Virus record (IMG/VR): IMGVR_UViG_3300045391_000362 | DNA length: 64,000 nucleotides | Source: a virus | Strand: one strand, 5' to 3' | Shown here: piece by piece, positions 1 through 9,817 of the stretch | How the letters are laid out: each line of letters begins with the position of its first letter | Numbering within the stretch: position 1 is the stretch's first letter | Program-made: the position numbers and the translations under genes | The notes under the pieces: model-generated | Seen by the model: the letters and a program-made list of their open reading frames with translations, nothing else | Told to the model about the DNA's origin: nothing | The model's database searches: none

Positions 1-47
1 CGCAAGGAATCCGGGATCTGTATTGGCGACAGCGTTTCAGAGTAGAC

Positions 48-284
48 GTGATCACCTTTATTGATCCCGGTTTTGTTTCAGCAATCAGAGACAAACTGGA
101 CAGCAGAAGTTTGCTGTTCGGTGACGTACATTACTACGACACAGAGCTGTTGATGGCGGATGTTACCTTTGATCCCGCTATCATAGGCATACTTGACCCT
201 GACCCCAAGCGTCAGTTGACATGGGGAAGTAAGGGCCGCTACTGTACGCCTGAGCAGTTCAACTTGATTCAACTTCTGGCTTAG
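48..284 (+). CDS. hypothetical protein
   Basis: 78-aa ORF (GTG start) ending 12 nt before the helicase gene; no motif recognised. Confidence 0.45.
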   Translation: MITFIDPGFVSAIRDKLDSRSLLFGDVHYYDTELLMADVTFDPAIIGILDPDPKRQLTWGSKGRYCTPEQFNLIQLLA

Positions 285-295
285 GAGGATGTATT

Positions 296-1582
296 TTGGC
301 GACATTCAATGTCGAGAAGATGTTTGTTTCAAAGATCATTCAAGAAAATGACATGACTGAGGTCGCTGATGTTCCTCCGTATTTCTTGAATGACCCGGAT
401 TATCGTGGCGCTTATGAATTTATTCGCCAGTACTATTCTGAGATTGGTTCTGTACCAACTCAGCGCGTGTTTATGGCGGACTACAAAACCAAGGATCACA
501 CGCCACTCAAGCTCATTCAGGTGGACGAACCTTGGGAAGACATTAAGAAGCGTGTAGAGCGTCAGTACATCGCGGGTGTTCTCGCAGAGAACCTTGACAT
601 GTTCAATGACGCTTACGATGCTGGGGACATTGACGCTGCTGTCAACATCCTTGGTGTGACTGTCTCTAAGGCGCACACTGCCATCCCGAACCCAAGGGAT
701 GAGGATGTCTCTACAACGGGTACTGAGAGGCTTGAGCGGTACCTAGAGCGCAAGAACAACCCTGGGACGCTGGTTGGTGCCGCCACAGGCTTCCCAACGA
801 TCGACAAGGCCACACAGGGCCTTCAGCCTGGTCAGCTTGTGACCATCACAGGTTTGGCTAAGGCATCCAAGTCTTCCTTGGCGATGAAGATTGCTATGAA
901 TATCCAGGAAGACGGATACCGTGTAATGTATCTGACATACGAACAGACGGTAGATGAGCAGACACGTAGGCTTGACGCTTATCGTGCTGGTTTCAACGAT
1001 AACCTTCTGAATAGTGGTCAGGTGGATCATGCTCAGTGGCTTGCACTTCAGGAAGGTATTAAGAAGACTGAAGCGCTTCCGCCTATGCTGATCTCGGAAG
1101 ACTGCATGACCGTTACATCCATTGGTGCGAAGATTGATATCTTCAAGCCTGATGTCGTGATCGTTGATGGCGTATACATGATGGAGGATGAGCGGGGCGA
1201 GAACAAGGGAACTCCTCTTGCGCTTGCCAACATCGTATCGGGCTTGAAGTTCTTGGCGATGCGACGTAGTATCTGCATTGTCGCGGTAACGCAGTCCACT
1301 CCCGCGCGTACCAAGGGAGAGACGCTGAACAACGATTCGATCATGGGCTCTCGTGCATTCGTCCAGTACAGCAACACGGTTATTGGTATTGAACGCACAG
1401 AGGACACGAAGATGCGGAAGATGAAGATCCTTCTCTCCCGTTCTTGTGCACCATGTGAGATCGTGCTACTGTTTGACTACGACACAGGAGAGTTCACAGA
1501 GCTGGAAGGCTTTGATTTGGACGATGACATTGATCGGGAGCTAATGGATGAAGATGCCTCAGCGTTCGCAGGGGGTTTCTAA
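296..1582 (+). CDS. dnaB: DnaB-like replicative DNA helicase
   Basis: 428-aa ORF; P-loop-like TGLAKASKSS, Walker B VVIVDGVYMM, RecA-fold C-terminal half typical of the DnaB family. Confidence 0.8.
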   Translation: MATFNVEKMFVSKIIQENDMTEVADVPPYFLNDPDYRGAYEFIRQYYSEIGSVPTQRVFMADYKTKDHTPLKLIQVDEPWEDIKKRVERQYIAGVLAENLDMFNDAYDAGDIDAAVNILGVTVSKAHTAIPNPRDEDVSTTGTERLERYLERKNNPGTLVGAATGFPTIDKATQGLQPGQLVTITGLAKASKSSLAMKIAMNIQEDGYRVMYLTYEQTVDEQTRRLDAYRAGFNDNLLNSGQVDHAQWLALQEGIKKTEALPPMLISEDCMTVTSIGAKIDIFKPDVVIVDGVYMMEDERGENKGTPLALANIVSGLKFLAMRRSICIVAVTQSTPARTKGETLNNDSIMGSRAFVQYSNTVIGIERTEDTKMRKMKILLSRSCAPCEIVLLFDYDTGEFTELEGFDLDDDIDRELMDEDASAFAGGF

Positions 1583-2549
1583 CGGTTGGAATAACCGTGG
1601 GACACCTACCCCAGGTGATGTGCTAGCTTGTCTGGAAGAGCTTGGGATTGAAGTTGTCCGAATCATCCATGAAGAAGCTTGGGCTATATGCCCAGGACAC
1701 TTTGAAAGGGTGGGTAAACACAATACCCGCCCTAATAAGTGGTCAGTGAATATCGAAACAGGTCAACATTCCTGTTTCGCGTGTGGTTTCAGTGGTTCAT
1801 TCGTTTACCTAGTCCAGGAGGTTAAGGGATATGATCGATCTGACGCAGAACAATGGGTCCGTGGTCGTGGTGGAGTCGCCCGACTACGACGAATTTTGGC
1901 TGATCCCCAAGGGCGGGCTTCTGATCTCGAACGAGACGCGGGGGTACCAGCGTGGAATGAAGCACGACTGGCGCTCTTCAATGCTCCACCGCACTCGGCA
2001 CTGGACGGACGAAGAGTATCTTCGGGAGCGGTAAATCATTACGGAGTCCTCTGGGATTCCGAGAAGGAAAACTGGATTCTCCCCATACGTGATCCTGATT
2101 CAGGGTCACTGTGGGGATACCAGGAAAAGGGAGAAGGTTGGTTCTGTAATAAACCAGCACGAGTTCCCAAGGGTGACACGCTATTCGGAATTGAGGCTCT
2201 TGATGGCTCAACGGCAGTACTACTTGAAAGTCCTCTCGATTGTCTCCGTCTACACACTGCTGGTATTGGTGGTGGCGTCTCTTCTTTTGGTGTAGGAGTA
2301 ACTGAGCGACAGCTTGATCTTCTATTCGATAGAGCAGAGATTGTAATCTTCGCACTGGACAATGATGAAGTCGGTCTAGCGAAGATGTGGGAGTTGAGAC
2401 AGCGATATCTAAAGAGTGGTAAGCGAATTAAATTTGCTGACTACTCACATATTCCGTGGGCTAAGGATCTGGGTACTGAAGGAGTAACCGATAAGGATAT
2501 CCAGAAGGCTATACTTAGAGCGAAAAGCCTGCTAAACTATCGCCCATGA
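1548..2549 (+). CDS. dnaG: DNA primase (zinc finger + TOPRIM)
   Basis: CPGH...CFAC CHC2-type zinc finger near the N-terminus, TOPRIM-like IVIFALDNDEVG; follows the helicase. Exact start uncertain (35-nt overlap). Confidence 0.75.
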   Translation: MKMPQRSQGVSNGWNNRGTPTPGDVLACLEELGIEVVRIIHEEAWAICPGHFERVGKHNTRPNKWSVNIETGQHSCFACGFSGSFVYLVQEVKGYDRSDAEQWVRGRGGVARLRRILADPQGRASDLERDAGVPAWNEARLALFNAPPHSALDGRRVSSGAVNHYGVLWDSEKENWILPIRDPDSGSLWGYQEKGEGWFCNKPARVPKGDTLFGIEALDGSTAVLLESPLDCLRLHTAGIGGGVSSFGVGVTERQLDLLFDRAEIVIFALDNDEVGLAKMWELRQRYLKSGKRIKFADYSHIPWAKDLGTEGVTDKDIQKAILRAKSLLNYRP

Positions 2550-4105
2550 CTTTTAAGGGCGAATTACGCGAGTACCAAGAACAAGCCAAGGGCCTTATCC
2601 TAGAAAGGGGTAAGGCCCTATTGGCGTTGGACTTAGGTACAGGGAAGACCGTAGTATCTATAGCCGCAATTGAAGAACTAAGAGATAGAGGTGACGTTAA
2701 ATGCTCCCTTTTGATTATGAGCAGCAGTTTGACAGTGCAATGGAAGGAGAGAATAGAGCAGTTCACGGAGGAGCAGTCAATCCTAGTGGTGGATGGATCA
2801 TTGTCCCCTGCCAAGAGGAAGGCTGTCTATACTGCATGTCTCCAACAGAGACCAGCGTATCTGATAATGGGAATCCGCCAAGTAGTTAAGGACCTGGAGT
2901 TTGTAAAGAAGTTAAATCCGGAATTGGTTCTAGTAGACGAAGTAACGTCGATAAAGAATTTCGGAACTCAGCAGACAAAAGCAATTAAAAAGCTAAAGGC
3001 TAAGTATCGAATTGGTTTAACCGCTGAACCTGTAGAGAATGGGAAGGCAGAAGAACTATTCTCTATCATGCAATGGATTGATGATTCTGTTCTAGGTAAT
3101 TGGCAATACTTTGAAGAGAACTACATTATTCGTAATGCTTTCAATATCATCACAGGCTATAAGAATATGCCTGAATTAAACGCACGACTTATGACAGCTT
3201 GCATCTCAAAGAGGAGAGACGATCCTGACGTAGCGTCATTCATGCCAACTGTAGAAGAGTACAACGCTTATGTGGAAATGGACGATGAAACCAGAAGACT
3301 CTATAACCAAATTGCCAGAGAACTCCTACGAGAACTCTATGGTGCTGGTCCCTCAGTCAGTAAAGACCTTGCGCGATACTATGCAGGGGAAAAGTCCGAC
3401 GACAATTCCAGCATGGGAGCTATCACCGGAAGGCTTCTCGCGCTACATCTCCTCTTGGATGACCCGACACTACTAGAAGCCTCTGCACGGGCGTATGCGG
3501 ACCCGTCAGACCCTAGTGGGTCCAAGTACGCACACTCGCTCTTAGAGGCTGGGAGACTGCCATCTGAGGGCTCTCATGGGGCTAAGCTAGAGGCGTGCCT
3601 AGATCTGGCTACGGAGTATCTAGAAGAGAATCCCGCGCACAAGGTGATCGTCTTTGCTAGGTTCCGTGGAGTGCTCCCACTTCTGGCAGAGGGACTTGAC
3701 AAGTACAATCCTGTACTGTTCCATGGTGGTTTGAATGGCAACCAGAGAGCTGATGCTATTCGCAAGTTCTCGGAGGATGCTAGAGTCTTCCTGTCCTCGG
3801 ATGCCGGTGGATATGGCGTGGATCTTTACATGGCATCTCATCTTATTAACTACGATATGCCTATGAGTTCCGGCACATTTAAGCAGCGTAATGGAAGACA
3901 TGTAAGAGCCTCTTCTACATTCCGAAATGTATTTATCGACAATCTTATTGTCAAGGATTCTATTGAGGAATACCAGAAGTCTAGGTTGGATTACAAGGCT
4001 CGTGTAAGCCGGGGTGTGTTAACTGGAATGTCAGACCCGGATGGTAGAGTTACTAATGAAGCAAGAAATCTGACACAGTTCTTGAAGGACTACTTTGGAG
4101 AATAA
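2546..4105 (+). CDS. SNF2-family helicase
   Basis: Motif I DLGTGKT, motif II LVDEVTS, C-terminal helicase motifs GGYGVDL and QRNGRHVR; ATGA overlap with the primase stop. Confidence 0.8.
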   Translation: MTFKGELREYQEQAKGLILERGKALLALDLGTGKTVVSIAAIEELRDRGDVKCSLLIMSSSLTVQWKERIEQFTEEQSILVVDGSLSPAKRKAVYTACLQQRPAYLIMGIRQVVKDLEFVKKLNPELVLVDEVTSIKNFGTQQTKAIKKLKAKYRIGLTAEPVENGKAEELFSIMQWIDDSVLGNWQYFEENYIIRNAFNIITGYKNMPELNARLMTACISKRRDDPDVASFMPTVEEYNAYVEMDDETRRLYNQIARELLRELYGAGPSVSKDLARYYAGEKSDDNSSMGAITGRLLALHLLLDDPTLLEASARAYADPSDPSGSKYAHSLLEAGRLPSEGSHGAKLEACLDLATEYLEENPAHKVIVFARFRGVLPLLAEGLDKYNPVLFHGGLNGNQRADAIRKFSEDARVFLSSDAGGYGVDLYMASHLINYDMPMSSGTFKQRNGRHVRASSTFRNVFIDNLIVKDSIEEYQKSRLDYKARVSRGVLTGMSDPDGRVTNEARNLTQFLKDYFGE

Positions 4106-4107
4106 AT

Positions 4108-4671
4108 ATGTCTGTACTTAACGGTGTGCAGTACCGCACACTTAAGGCTCAACTTCCTTCGTGGAGAGTTGAGGAGAATTACAATGAGTGGGCTGATTGT
4201 GGAACCCTTACTGAGTTTCCTTCTGGAACTGAGTTCCGTGTGGCTCCAGTGATTAAGTACGTGGTCACTGATTCCTTTGATAAGAAGGTTCTGACATCAG
4301 GGGATAAGACTGAGGCAATGGCCAAGGTATCCTCCATGCTGGCAGAAGGAAACTTTGCAGCAATTCGTAGGGATGAGCTTACCTCTCCCGGAATTGCTAC
4401 TTATCTGTCTGATCAAAATGTTCAATTTAAGTTGGTTGGTTCTGAGCGCTGGTTGAATCCTCCGCATTTCGGTGGGAAGTCTGTTGGTTCCCCTATTCGT
4501 TTCCGCAAGCGCCCTGATACCTATTTCGATGTGAGTATGAAGACTGGAATTGCTCAGTCTAATCTCACTTTTGATGACGTTGATGAGCTGTCCAAGTATT
4601 TGGATCGTCAGCTTCGCACTTCCGACAATAACATTGTGATTACTAGGAGAGCATATGGCCTTAGCATCTGA
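4108..4671 (+). CDS. hypothetical protein
   Basis: 187-aa ORF starting 3 nt after the previous stop; no motif recognised. Confidence 0.6.
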   Translation: MSVLNGVQYRTLKAQLPSWRVEENYNEWADCGTLTEFPSGTEFRVAPVIKYVVTDSFDKKVLTSGDKTEAMAKVSSMLAEGNFAAIRRDELTSPGIATYLSDQNVQFKLVGSERWLNPPHFGGKSVGSPIRFRKRPDTYFDVSMKTGIAQSNLTFDDVDELSKYLDRQLRTSDNNIVITRRAYGLSI

Positions 4672-5122
4672 CACATCCATCAAAGCCAAGGTGGCAGCGT
4701 ACCTCTTGCTCAACCAGGAGATAGCTGATAGAAAGGCTCTGCAAGAGGGCATCAAGAAGGAGCTAGAACCGTATCTACGTGACGCTGAGACTAACACTCG
4801 TGGCTCTCATGTGATACCGTTCGCTGAGCCTTTGAAGGTCAACGGCAAGGAGTACGCTAGCTTGCAGAAGACCAAGAAAGTGAGTAAGGTTCTCAACGAA
4901 CAGCGCGTCATCGACTTCCTGATGGAGCGTGCGAACAGCGAGGATGAGCATTGGATGGGTTGGGATGATCTTGTCTCAAACTCTGGTGTCATTGTGACTG
5001 TACAACACGTCGATCAGGATGTACTCTGGGACCTGTTCGTGCAAGACATGATCAGCCAAGAGGAGCTTGACAGCTTCTTTGATGTGACTGTATCGTGGAG
5101 CTTCAATCCAACTAAGGTATAA
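4655..5122 (+). CDS. hypothetical protein
   Basis: 155-aa ORF with coiled-coil-like N-terminus, tightly packed in the operon. Confidence 0.6.
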   Translation: MALASDTSIKAKVAAYLLLNQEIADRKALQEGIKKELEPYLRDAETNTRGSHVIPFAEPLKVNGKEYASLQKTKKVSKVLNEQRVIDFLMERANSEDEHWMGWDDLVSNSGVIVTVQHVDQDVLWDLFVQDMISQEELDSFFDVTVSWSFNPTKV

Positions 5123-5140
5123 CTCACAAGGGAGAGAACG

Positions 5141-5503
5141 TTGAAGAAGTTTCTTGCCGCTGTCGGTACGGCTGCTGTCATCCTGACTGGTGCTACTGCG
5201 TGTGGTAACGGCGGATACAGTGACCAGGGTTATGAGCAGGTTTGGTACAACGGTAGTTACCAGTACGTTCCGTACAGCTACTACCACAGCCACATGAGCC
5301 TGTACAACAACCACCTGCACCCCGTGCACCACGTCAGCAGCAGCTACGTCACCTCGCACCACGTGACCGTTCAGCACCAGACGACTACCACTATGCACAG
5401 CAACGGTAGCCGTACTACCACCAAGCACACCACTACTACTCGACGTACCACTACTCGCAAGAGCAGCGGTTTCGGTTCTAGCCGTACCAGCCGTCGCCGC
5501 TAG
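5141..5503 (+). CDS. putative lipoprotein with His/Tyr/Thr-rich mature region
   Basis: TTG start; signal peptide MKKFLAAVGTAAVILTGATAC with a lipobox-like ATAC; low-complexity H/Y/S/T-rich body and Arg-rich tail. Confidence 0.55.
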   Translation: MKKFLAAVGTAAVILTGATACGNGGYSDQGYEQVWYNGSYQYVPYSYYHSHMSLYNNHLHPVHHVSSSYVTSHHVTVQHQTTTTMHSNGSRTTTKHTTTTRRTTTRKSSGFGSSRTSRRR

Positions 5504-5563
5504 TGTGCTTTAGTCGGGGCTAGGTTCGCCTAGCTCTGGCTATGGTCTACTAGAGGAGAGAAT

Positions 5564-6184
5564 ATGCATTATGTACTGCACGTTATTCATCCCGCTGATG
5601 TTGACGTGATGGCATATCTTGAAGAGAAGATGGCTCCATATTACGAGGAGCTGGAAGTTCCTGAGTACAAGGATTACTACAGCGAGAAGGAGATAGCTTC
5701 TGCTAATAGCTGGTATGCAGAGAAGGGTTATGGTGTAGATGATGACCCTAATGATGTGATTCCATTCTCTTGGAGTAATACTCAGTGCTTTACAGATGAG
5801 CACGGTACCTACAAGCTCAGCACCTGGAACCCTCAGGGTTACTGGGACTGGTGGGTTGTCGGTGGCCGATGGGACAATTATTGGGAGACCAGCGAAGAGA
5901 ACATGCCTGTTAAGGGCTCTGCAAATACTGTCTCTGTTGGGTATGCTCTGTCACTCAAGGGCAACGGTAAGTACGACTGGATGGATACTGGTCCGTATTC
6001 CTACATGACTCTTGATGGTCGCTTCATAAAGAAGGAGACGTACAACAAGGATGGTGTCGGTTACGAAGATGGTGATCCTAACTCTGTATTCCCGCCCAAT
6101 CCCGAATTCGATTACTGGAACTATCTCCGTGATGTAGAGCCCATTGCTAACGTTGCTATCACGGTTGTTGACTATCACTGCTAG
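5564..6184 (+). CDS. hypothetical protein
   Basis: 206-aa ORF with GGAGAG RBS-like run upstream; Trp-rich WDWWVVGGRWDNYW segment. Confidence 0.6.
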   Translation: MHYVLHVIHPADVDVMAYLEEKMAPYYEELEVPEYKDYYSEKEIASANSWYAEKGYGVDDDPNDVIPFSWSNTQCFTDEHGTYKLSTWNPQGYWDWWVVGGRWDNYWETSEENMPVKGSANTVSVGYALSLKGNGKYDWMDTGPYSYMTLDGRFIKKETYNKDGVGYEDGDPNSVFPPNPEFDYWNYLRDVEPIANVAITVVDYHC

Positions 6185-6241
6185 TAGCTTTAATCATTCC
6201 CACTATGTGGGAGTGGTTATGGATAACTAGAGAGGAATAGC

Positions 6242-6529
6242 ATGGCAACAATTACCAGGAATTTCACAGTAGAAGAGCTGGAAGAGGAGTATGACCTTCC
6301 ATGGGGCGCAATCTATGAGGAGACTGTAGATAAGCGCCGTTGGTATTCCGTACTAGAGCTGGTATTCCTGGCTGATGACGGAAAGCATTACATGGTTGAC
6401 TACATGGACCCTGCTACCGAGATGCAAGACGGACAGGATCGATGGGAAGACTCCCATGGATACGTAGAGGCCACTCAGGTTGAGCCTGTTGAGGTTACAA
6501 CTATTGCGTGGGAGGCTGTCAATGTATGA
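6242..6529 (+). CDS. hypothetical protein
   Basis: 95-aa acidic ORF with AGAGGA RBS upstream. Confidence 0.55.
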   Translation: MATITRNFTVEELEEEYDLPWGAIYEETVDKRRWYSVLELVFLADDGKHYMVDYMDPATEMQDGQDRWEDSHGYVEATQVEPVEVTTIAWEAVNV

Positions 6530-6761
6530 GGTTGGTCAATTCCTCAATAACGAATTTGAGGTAGGCCGAAATGCTGCAACCGTTGAGATCATGGCTATCT
6601 GGATTGACCCAGATGACCAGGAAGTGTACTATCTCATCAAGTGTCGCGGTGTGGCTGAGGATCATGGTCACCTAATGCGCAACTCTTGGTATTACGAAGA
6701 TGAAGTTGATCTCGTAAGTGAAGCCCATCTGGATAAGTACTTCGAAATCGTGGAGGCGTAA
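6522..6761 (+). CDS. hypothetical protein
   Basis: In-frame ATG at 6522 overlapping the previous stop (ATGTATGA); the ORF track start at 6480 is less likely. Confidence 0.5.
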   Translation: MYEVGQFLNNEFEVGRNAATVEIMAIWIDPDDQEVYYLIKCRGVAEDHGHLMRNSWYYEDEVDLVSEAHLDKYFEIVEA

Positions 6762-6964
6762 TGGAATTCAGTGTTGTAATCCCGCTTGACCCTGAGTACA
6801 TTGCTCGTGAGTTGTCTGATCAGCTTACGAATGATGAGCTGCTTGACTTCATTGTGACTCTTGATCTGTTTCGTGCGGATTGGGGATTCACTGAGGAGCT
6901 GTACAAGTGGGCTAAGGGAGAGCACAAGACGTACAAGGCTGAGGTTAGGGAGTACGGACGATGA
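6761..6964 (+). CDS. hypothetical protein
   Basis: 67-aa ORF, TAATG start/stop coupling. Confidence 0.5.
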   Translation: MEFSVVIPLDPEYIARELSDQLTNDELLDFIVTLDLFRADWGFTEELYKWAKGEHKTYKAEVREYGR

Positions 6965-7152
6965 GCGAGATGCTGAGGATTTCTTTTGAATCCTTTCCAT
7001 CCATGCGAGTTCCTGTAACTCCTGCTATTCAGGCAGCGATGCTTGAAGTAGAGGAGACCGACGATTGGCAGCCGCTAATCGATCTGCTTTACTTTGAGTT
7101 CGAGACGTTCTTCATGCAGGAGTTCTATATTGAGGACGTGAGAGAGTATTAA
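6961..7152 (+). CDS. hypothetical protein
   Basis: 63-aa acidic ORF, ATGA coupling to the previous gene. Confidence 0.5.
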   Translation: MSEMLRISFESFPSMRVPVTPAIQAAMLEVEETDDWQPLIDLLYFEFETFFMQEFYIEDVREY

Positions 7153-7168
7153 CAGTTGGTATCATGCG

Positions 7169-7543
7169 GTGTCCGCCTCACACAAGTGGGGCGGTACCCC
7201 AGAAGATTATCTCCCTATTGAAGAGTTCATCGATTCGTCTAAGAAGACATTCGGTGACTACCGCCATCGCGCTATGTACCATCACACACTCGGCGTTTAT
7301 CTGTGTGAGGATCTATTCGGCAAGACTATTTCTGTCCAGAAGAACACCAAGGTAATTCAAGTGCCTGTTCGTCTTATTGCAGAACGGCACATCGTAGAGG
7401 ATCTGGGATTCCTTCCTAGTCCTGAGCACTATCTGAAGCACATTCCTACTGACAATGACAAGACACGTTGGATGTCTGGCGCTGTTCGTAAGGAAGTTGG
7501 CAATTTCAATGATGTATTTACTACCGAGGAGACAAATGTCTGA
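7169..7543 (+). CDS. hypothetical protein
   Basis: 124-aa ORF (GTG start); more protein-like than the overlapping 7164 frame. Confidence 0.55.
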   Translation: MSASHKWGGTPEDYLPIEEFIDSSKKTFGDYRHRAMYHHTLGVYLCEDLFGKTISVQKNTKVIQVPVRLIAERHIVEDLGFLPSPEHYLKHIPTDNDKTRWMSGAVRKEVGNFNDVFTTEETNV

Positions 7544-8012
7544 TCGCGTTGAGTTCATGGGTATGATCGTTGAGGGTGATGGTCACTACGGCTGGTCACG
7601 TGCCCCTCAGGAGCCCATTGAGAACCTGTATGAGGAGATGAAGGCAGCGTTCGCACAAGGCGTACAGGGTGTCATGTGGGAGCAGTACACCCCTGGCTGG
7701 AACGACGGAGAGCCTTGCGAGTTCACCATCAGGGATGCTAAGGTAACCCTGAACAAGATCGTTGCTGAGGCGTGGCTTGATGGTACTGAGCCGGACATGG
7801 AACTTGCATATCCGGATGACGACTACAGCTATGACGAGTATGATTACGAGTCTTGGGGTTCTCACCCTGACGGACCGGCTGTAAAGGAAATCAACATTCC
7901 TGTTGATGCTGGAAAGTATGAGGACGCGCTGCGTTCTAAGTTCGGTAATGACGTGAAGATTATTGTGACTCCTAACCGAGTCGTAACAGAGGAATATGAT
8001 TGCGGGTACTAA
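7536..8012 (+). CDS. hypothetical protein
   Basis: ATG at 7536 preceded by GAGGAGA and overlapping the previous stop; acidic 158-aa product. Confidence 0.55.
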   Translation: MSDRVEFMGMIVEGDGHYGWSRAPQEPIENLYEEMKAAFAQGVQGVMWEQYTPGWNDGEPCEFTIRDAKVTLNKIVAEAWLDGTEPDMELAYPDDDYSYDEYDYESWGSHPDGPAVKEINIPVDAGKYEDALRSKFGNDVKIIVTPNRVVTEEYDCGY

Positions 8013-8444
8013 TTGGCATCCAACCAAATCGATAGATTTTTAAAGACCTTCCCTGGCTCTCAAGTTCCATTGCTATTTGAGCAGATGAACAGAGCACAGG
8101 AGAAGGAAACCGAGAAGTGGGATGCCAAACCCTTTACCTTTCTGGTCGGTGGAAAAGAGCAAGAGTTCTTTTCCATCGGCCAGTTGGGCAAGGCCCTAGG
8201 CAATAGGTCAGCAGTGACCTTGCGCAAGTGGGAGCAAGACGGTATCCTACCCAAGTCTCCATACACCAAGCCTTCCACAGACCCACGGGGTAGACGCAGA
8301 ATGTACACCCGTGCTATGGTTGAGGGGTTGGTCAAGATCGCAAAGGAAGAGGGAGTATGGCTGCCAGACAAAGGAAAGAGGCTGTCGGAGACGTTGTTTC
8401 AACAGAAAGCCCTGAAGTTGTTTCAGAGCCTGTTGCAGACGTGA
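8013..8444 (+). CDS. MerR-type helix-turn-helix DNA-binding protein
   Basis: FFSIGQLGKALGNRSAVTLRKWEQDGILP resembles the MerR/excisionase-type HTH. Confidence 0.55.
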   Translation: MASNQIDRFLKTFPGSQVPLLFEQMNRAQEKETEKWDAKPFTFLVGGKEQEFFSIGQLGKALGNRSAVTLRKWEQDGILPKSPYTKPSTDPRGRRRMYTRAMVEGLVKIAKEEGVWLPDKGKRLSETLFQQKALKLFQSLLQT

Positions 8445-8707
8445 TTCCGATCGACAAGATGACAGTGTCAGAGCAAGGTGATACGCTAGAGATCACCTAC
8501 TCAAGGAGCTGGGAACTCGCTGTCGTCCAGTATGAGAAGATGTCAATCTTCACCAGCATTAAGAAGACAGTTCCTAGTGATTCGGATCTCAGTGCAGTCG
8601 GAGAGGAAATCTCTGATATGCTCAATGAGATCCAGGGCGCAGACCTTACATGGGCTCGCTCAATGACGAGTAACAAGGGTTCTCTTGTTACTCGTGTAAT
8701 TCCGTAA
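8441..8707 (+). CDS. hypothetical protein
   Basis: GTG at 8441 in GTGA overlap with the previous stop; the track start at 8357 would overlap by 88 nt. Confidence 0.45.
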   Translation: MIPIDKMTVSEQGDTLEITYSRSWELAVVQYEKMSIFTSIKKTVPSDSDLSAVGEEISDMLNEIQGADLTWARSMTSNKGSLVTRVIP

Positions 8708-8755
8708 CAACCCTTTCTAATATGCCCAAGCGCATTCCAATAAGGAGAAACATAA

Positions 8756-9481
8756 ATGGCTAAGATCACCCGTTCCCGTGTCACCGACGCTGACACTTCC
8801 AACATGGACATGCCGCACGACGTTGAGCGCGAGGCTTACTCTGCTGAGACTGAGGACGCTCCCGCTCCGCGTGTGACTCGTTCCGCTGTCTCCTCTGGTT
8901 GGGGTGCCAAGCAGGAAGAGCGTGCCGAGACTGTTAAGGCACCTGTCCTGAAGCTGAAGGACGCGGGTACTCGCGTTATCAAGATCCTTGACGGTGCTCC
9001 GCCTGTCAAGTACAAGCGTCACTACGTCAACAGCAAGAACCGCTACTACACTTGCACTCAGAATGGTTGCCCGCTCTGCGCTGCTGGTGTGCGTGCCTCT
9101 TGGACGTTCGTTATGAACGTGGTTGACCTTATCGATGACCCGACTGAGGTTAAGACTTGGACGTTCGGCACTGAGGTTTCCTCTCAGCTTCAGACTATTG
9201 CTGAGGAGAAGGCAGCGCTTGACGACATCGGCTCTTACTTTGAGGTTCGTCACGTCAAGGTGGCTGGTCGCTCTGCTCCGGGTACGAACGTTGGCTTCCT
9301 TCGTTCTCGCTACCTGATTGAGGAGCACTCTCTTGAGCCTCTGAACGAAGAGGAGATCGCGGAGCTGAACGAGGATCGTTACGGTGCTGAGGTTGTCTAC
9401 ATCAACACTGCTGACTACCTTGAGGACGTAGCGTCTGAGGTTCTGCCTTCTGATCTTCCCCAGAAGCGCAACCGTAGCTAG
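8756..9481 (+). CDS. putative zinc-containing ssDNA-binding protein (gp32-like)
   Basis: Strong AGGAGA RBS; H-x10-C-x5-C-x2-C (HYVNSKNRYYTCTQNGCPLC) resembles the T4 gp32 zinc site as I recall it; acidic tail; own terminator. Confidence 0.45.
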   Translation: MAKITRSRVTDADTSNMDMPHDVEREAYSAETEDAPAPRVTRSAVSSGWGAKQEERAETVKAPVLKLKDAGTRVIKILDGAPPVKYKRHYVNSKNRYYTCTQNGCPLCAAGVRASWTFVMNVVDLIDDPTEVKTWTFGTEVSSQLQTIAEEKAALDDIGSYFEVRHVKVAGRSAPGTNVGFLRSRYLIEEHSLEPLNEEEIAELNEDRYGAEVVYINTADYLEDVASEVLPSDLPQKRNRS

Positions 9482-9491
9482 TGATTGACGA

Positions 9492-9540
9492 AGAGCCCCT
9501 TGGCTGGTAGATTACACCTACCAGCCAAGGGGCTCTTTTA
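9492..9540 (+). terminator. intrinsic terminator
   Basis: 19-bp perfect stem AGAGCCCCTTGGCTGGTAG/CTACCAGCCAAGGGGCTCT, 7-nt loop, followed by TTTT. Confidence 0.8.
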
Positions 9541-9553
9541 CTTAGGAGGAACA

Positions 9554-9817
9554 ATGGAACCTGATGGTATTTGGATGATCCGCCACTACACCTACGATGG
9601 TTGTGGTCGGCATGATCAGTATGATGTACAGTTTGCTTGGGAACACGAGACAGCTATGGGTAAGCTGCGAGAGTGGCAGAAGAAGGGTCACTTTGATGAC
9701 TATGAGTGGGAACATTGGGATTCCCTTGATGACCTGGTTCTCCTGAAGAAGGAGGGACAATACGGATACGACTATTACTTTGTTCAGTTCATGGCACCCG
9801 GAGAGGATATCGATTAA
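9554..9817 (+). CDS. hypothetical protein
   Basis: ATG at 9554 after AGGAGGA; the upstream part of the track ORF lies inside the terminator. Confidence 0.55.
   Translation: MEPDGIWMIRHYTYDGCGRHDQYDVQFAWEHETAMGKLREWQKKGHFDDYEWEHWDSLDDLVLLKKEGQYGYDYYFVQFMAPGEDID

Noticed and set aside
4297-5428. Minus-strand ORFs 4297-4797 (166 aa) and 4976-5428 (150 aa) in the left block
   Set aside because: They are antisense to tightly packed plus-strand genes. The second merely mirrors the His/Thr codon repeats (Val/Asp-rich product), and neither has an RBS.
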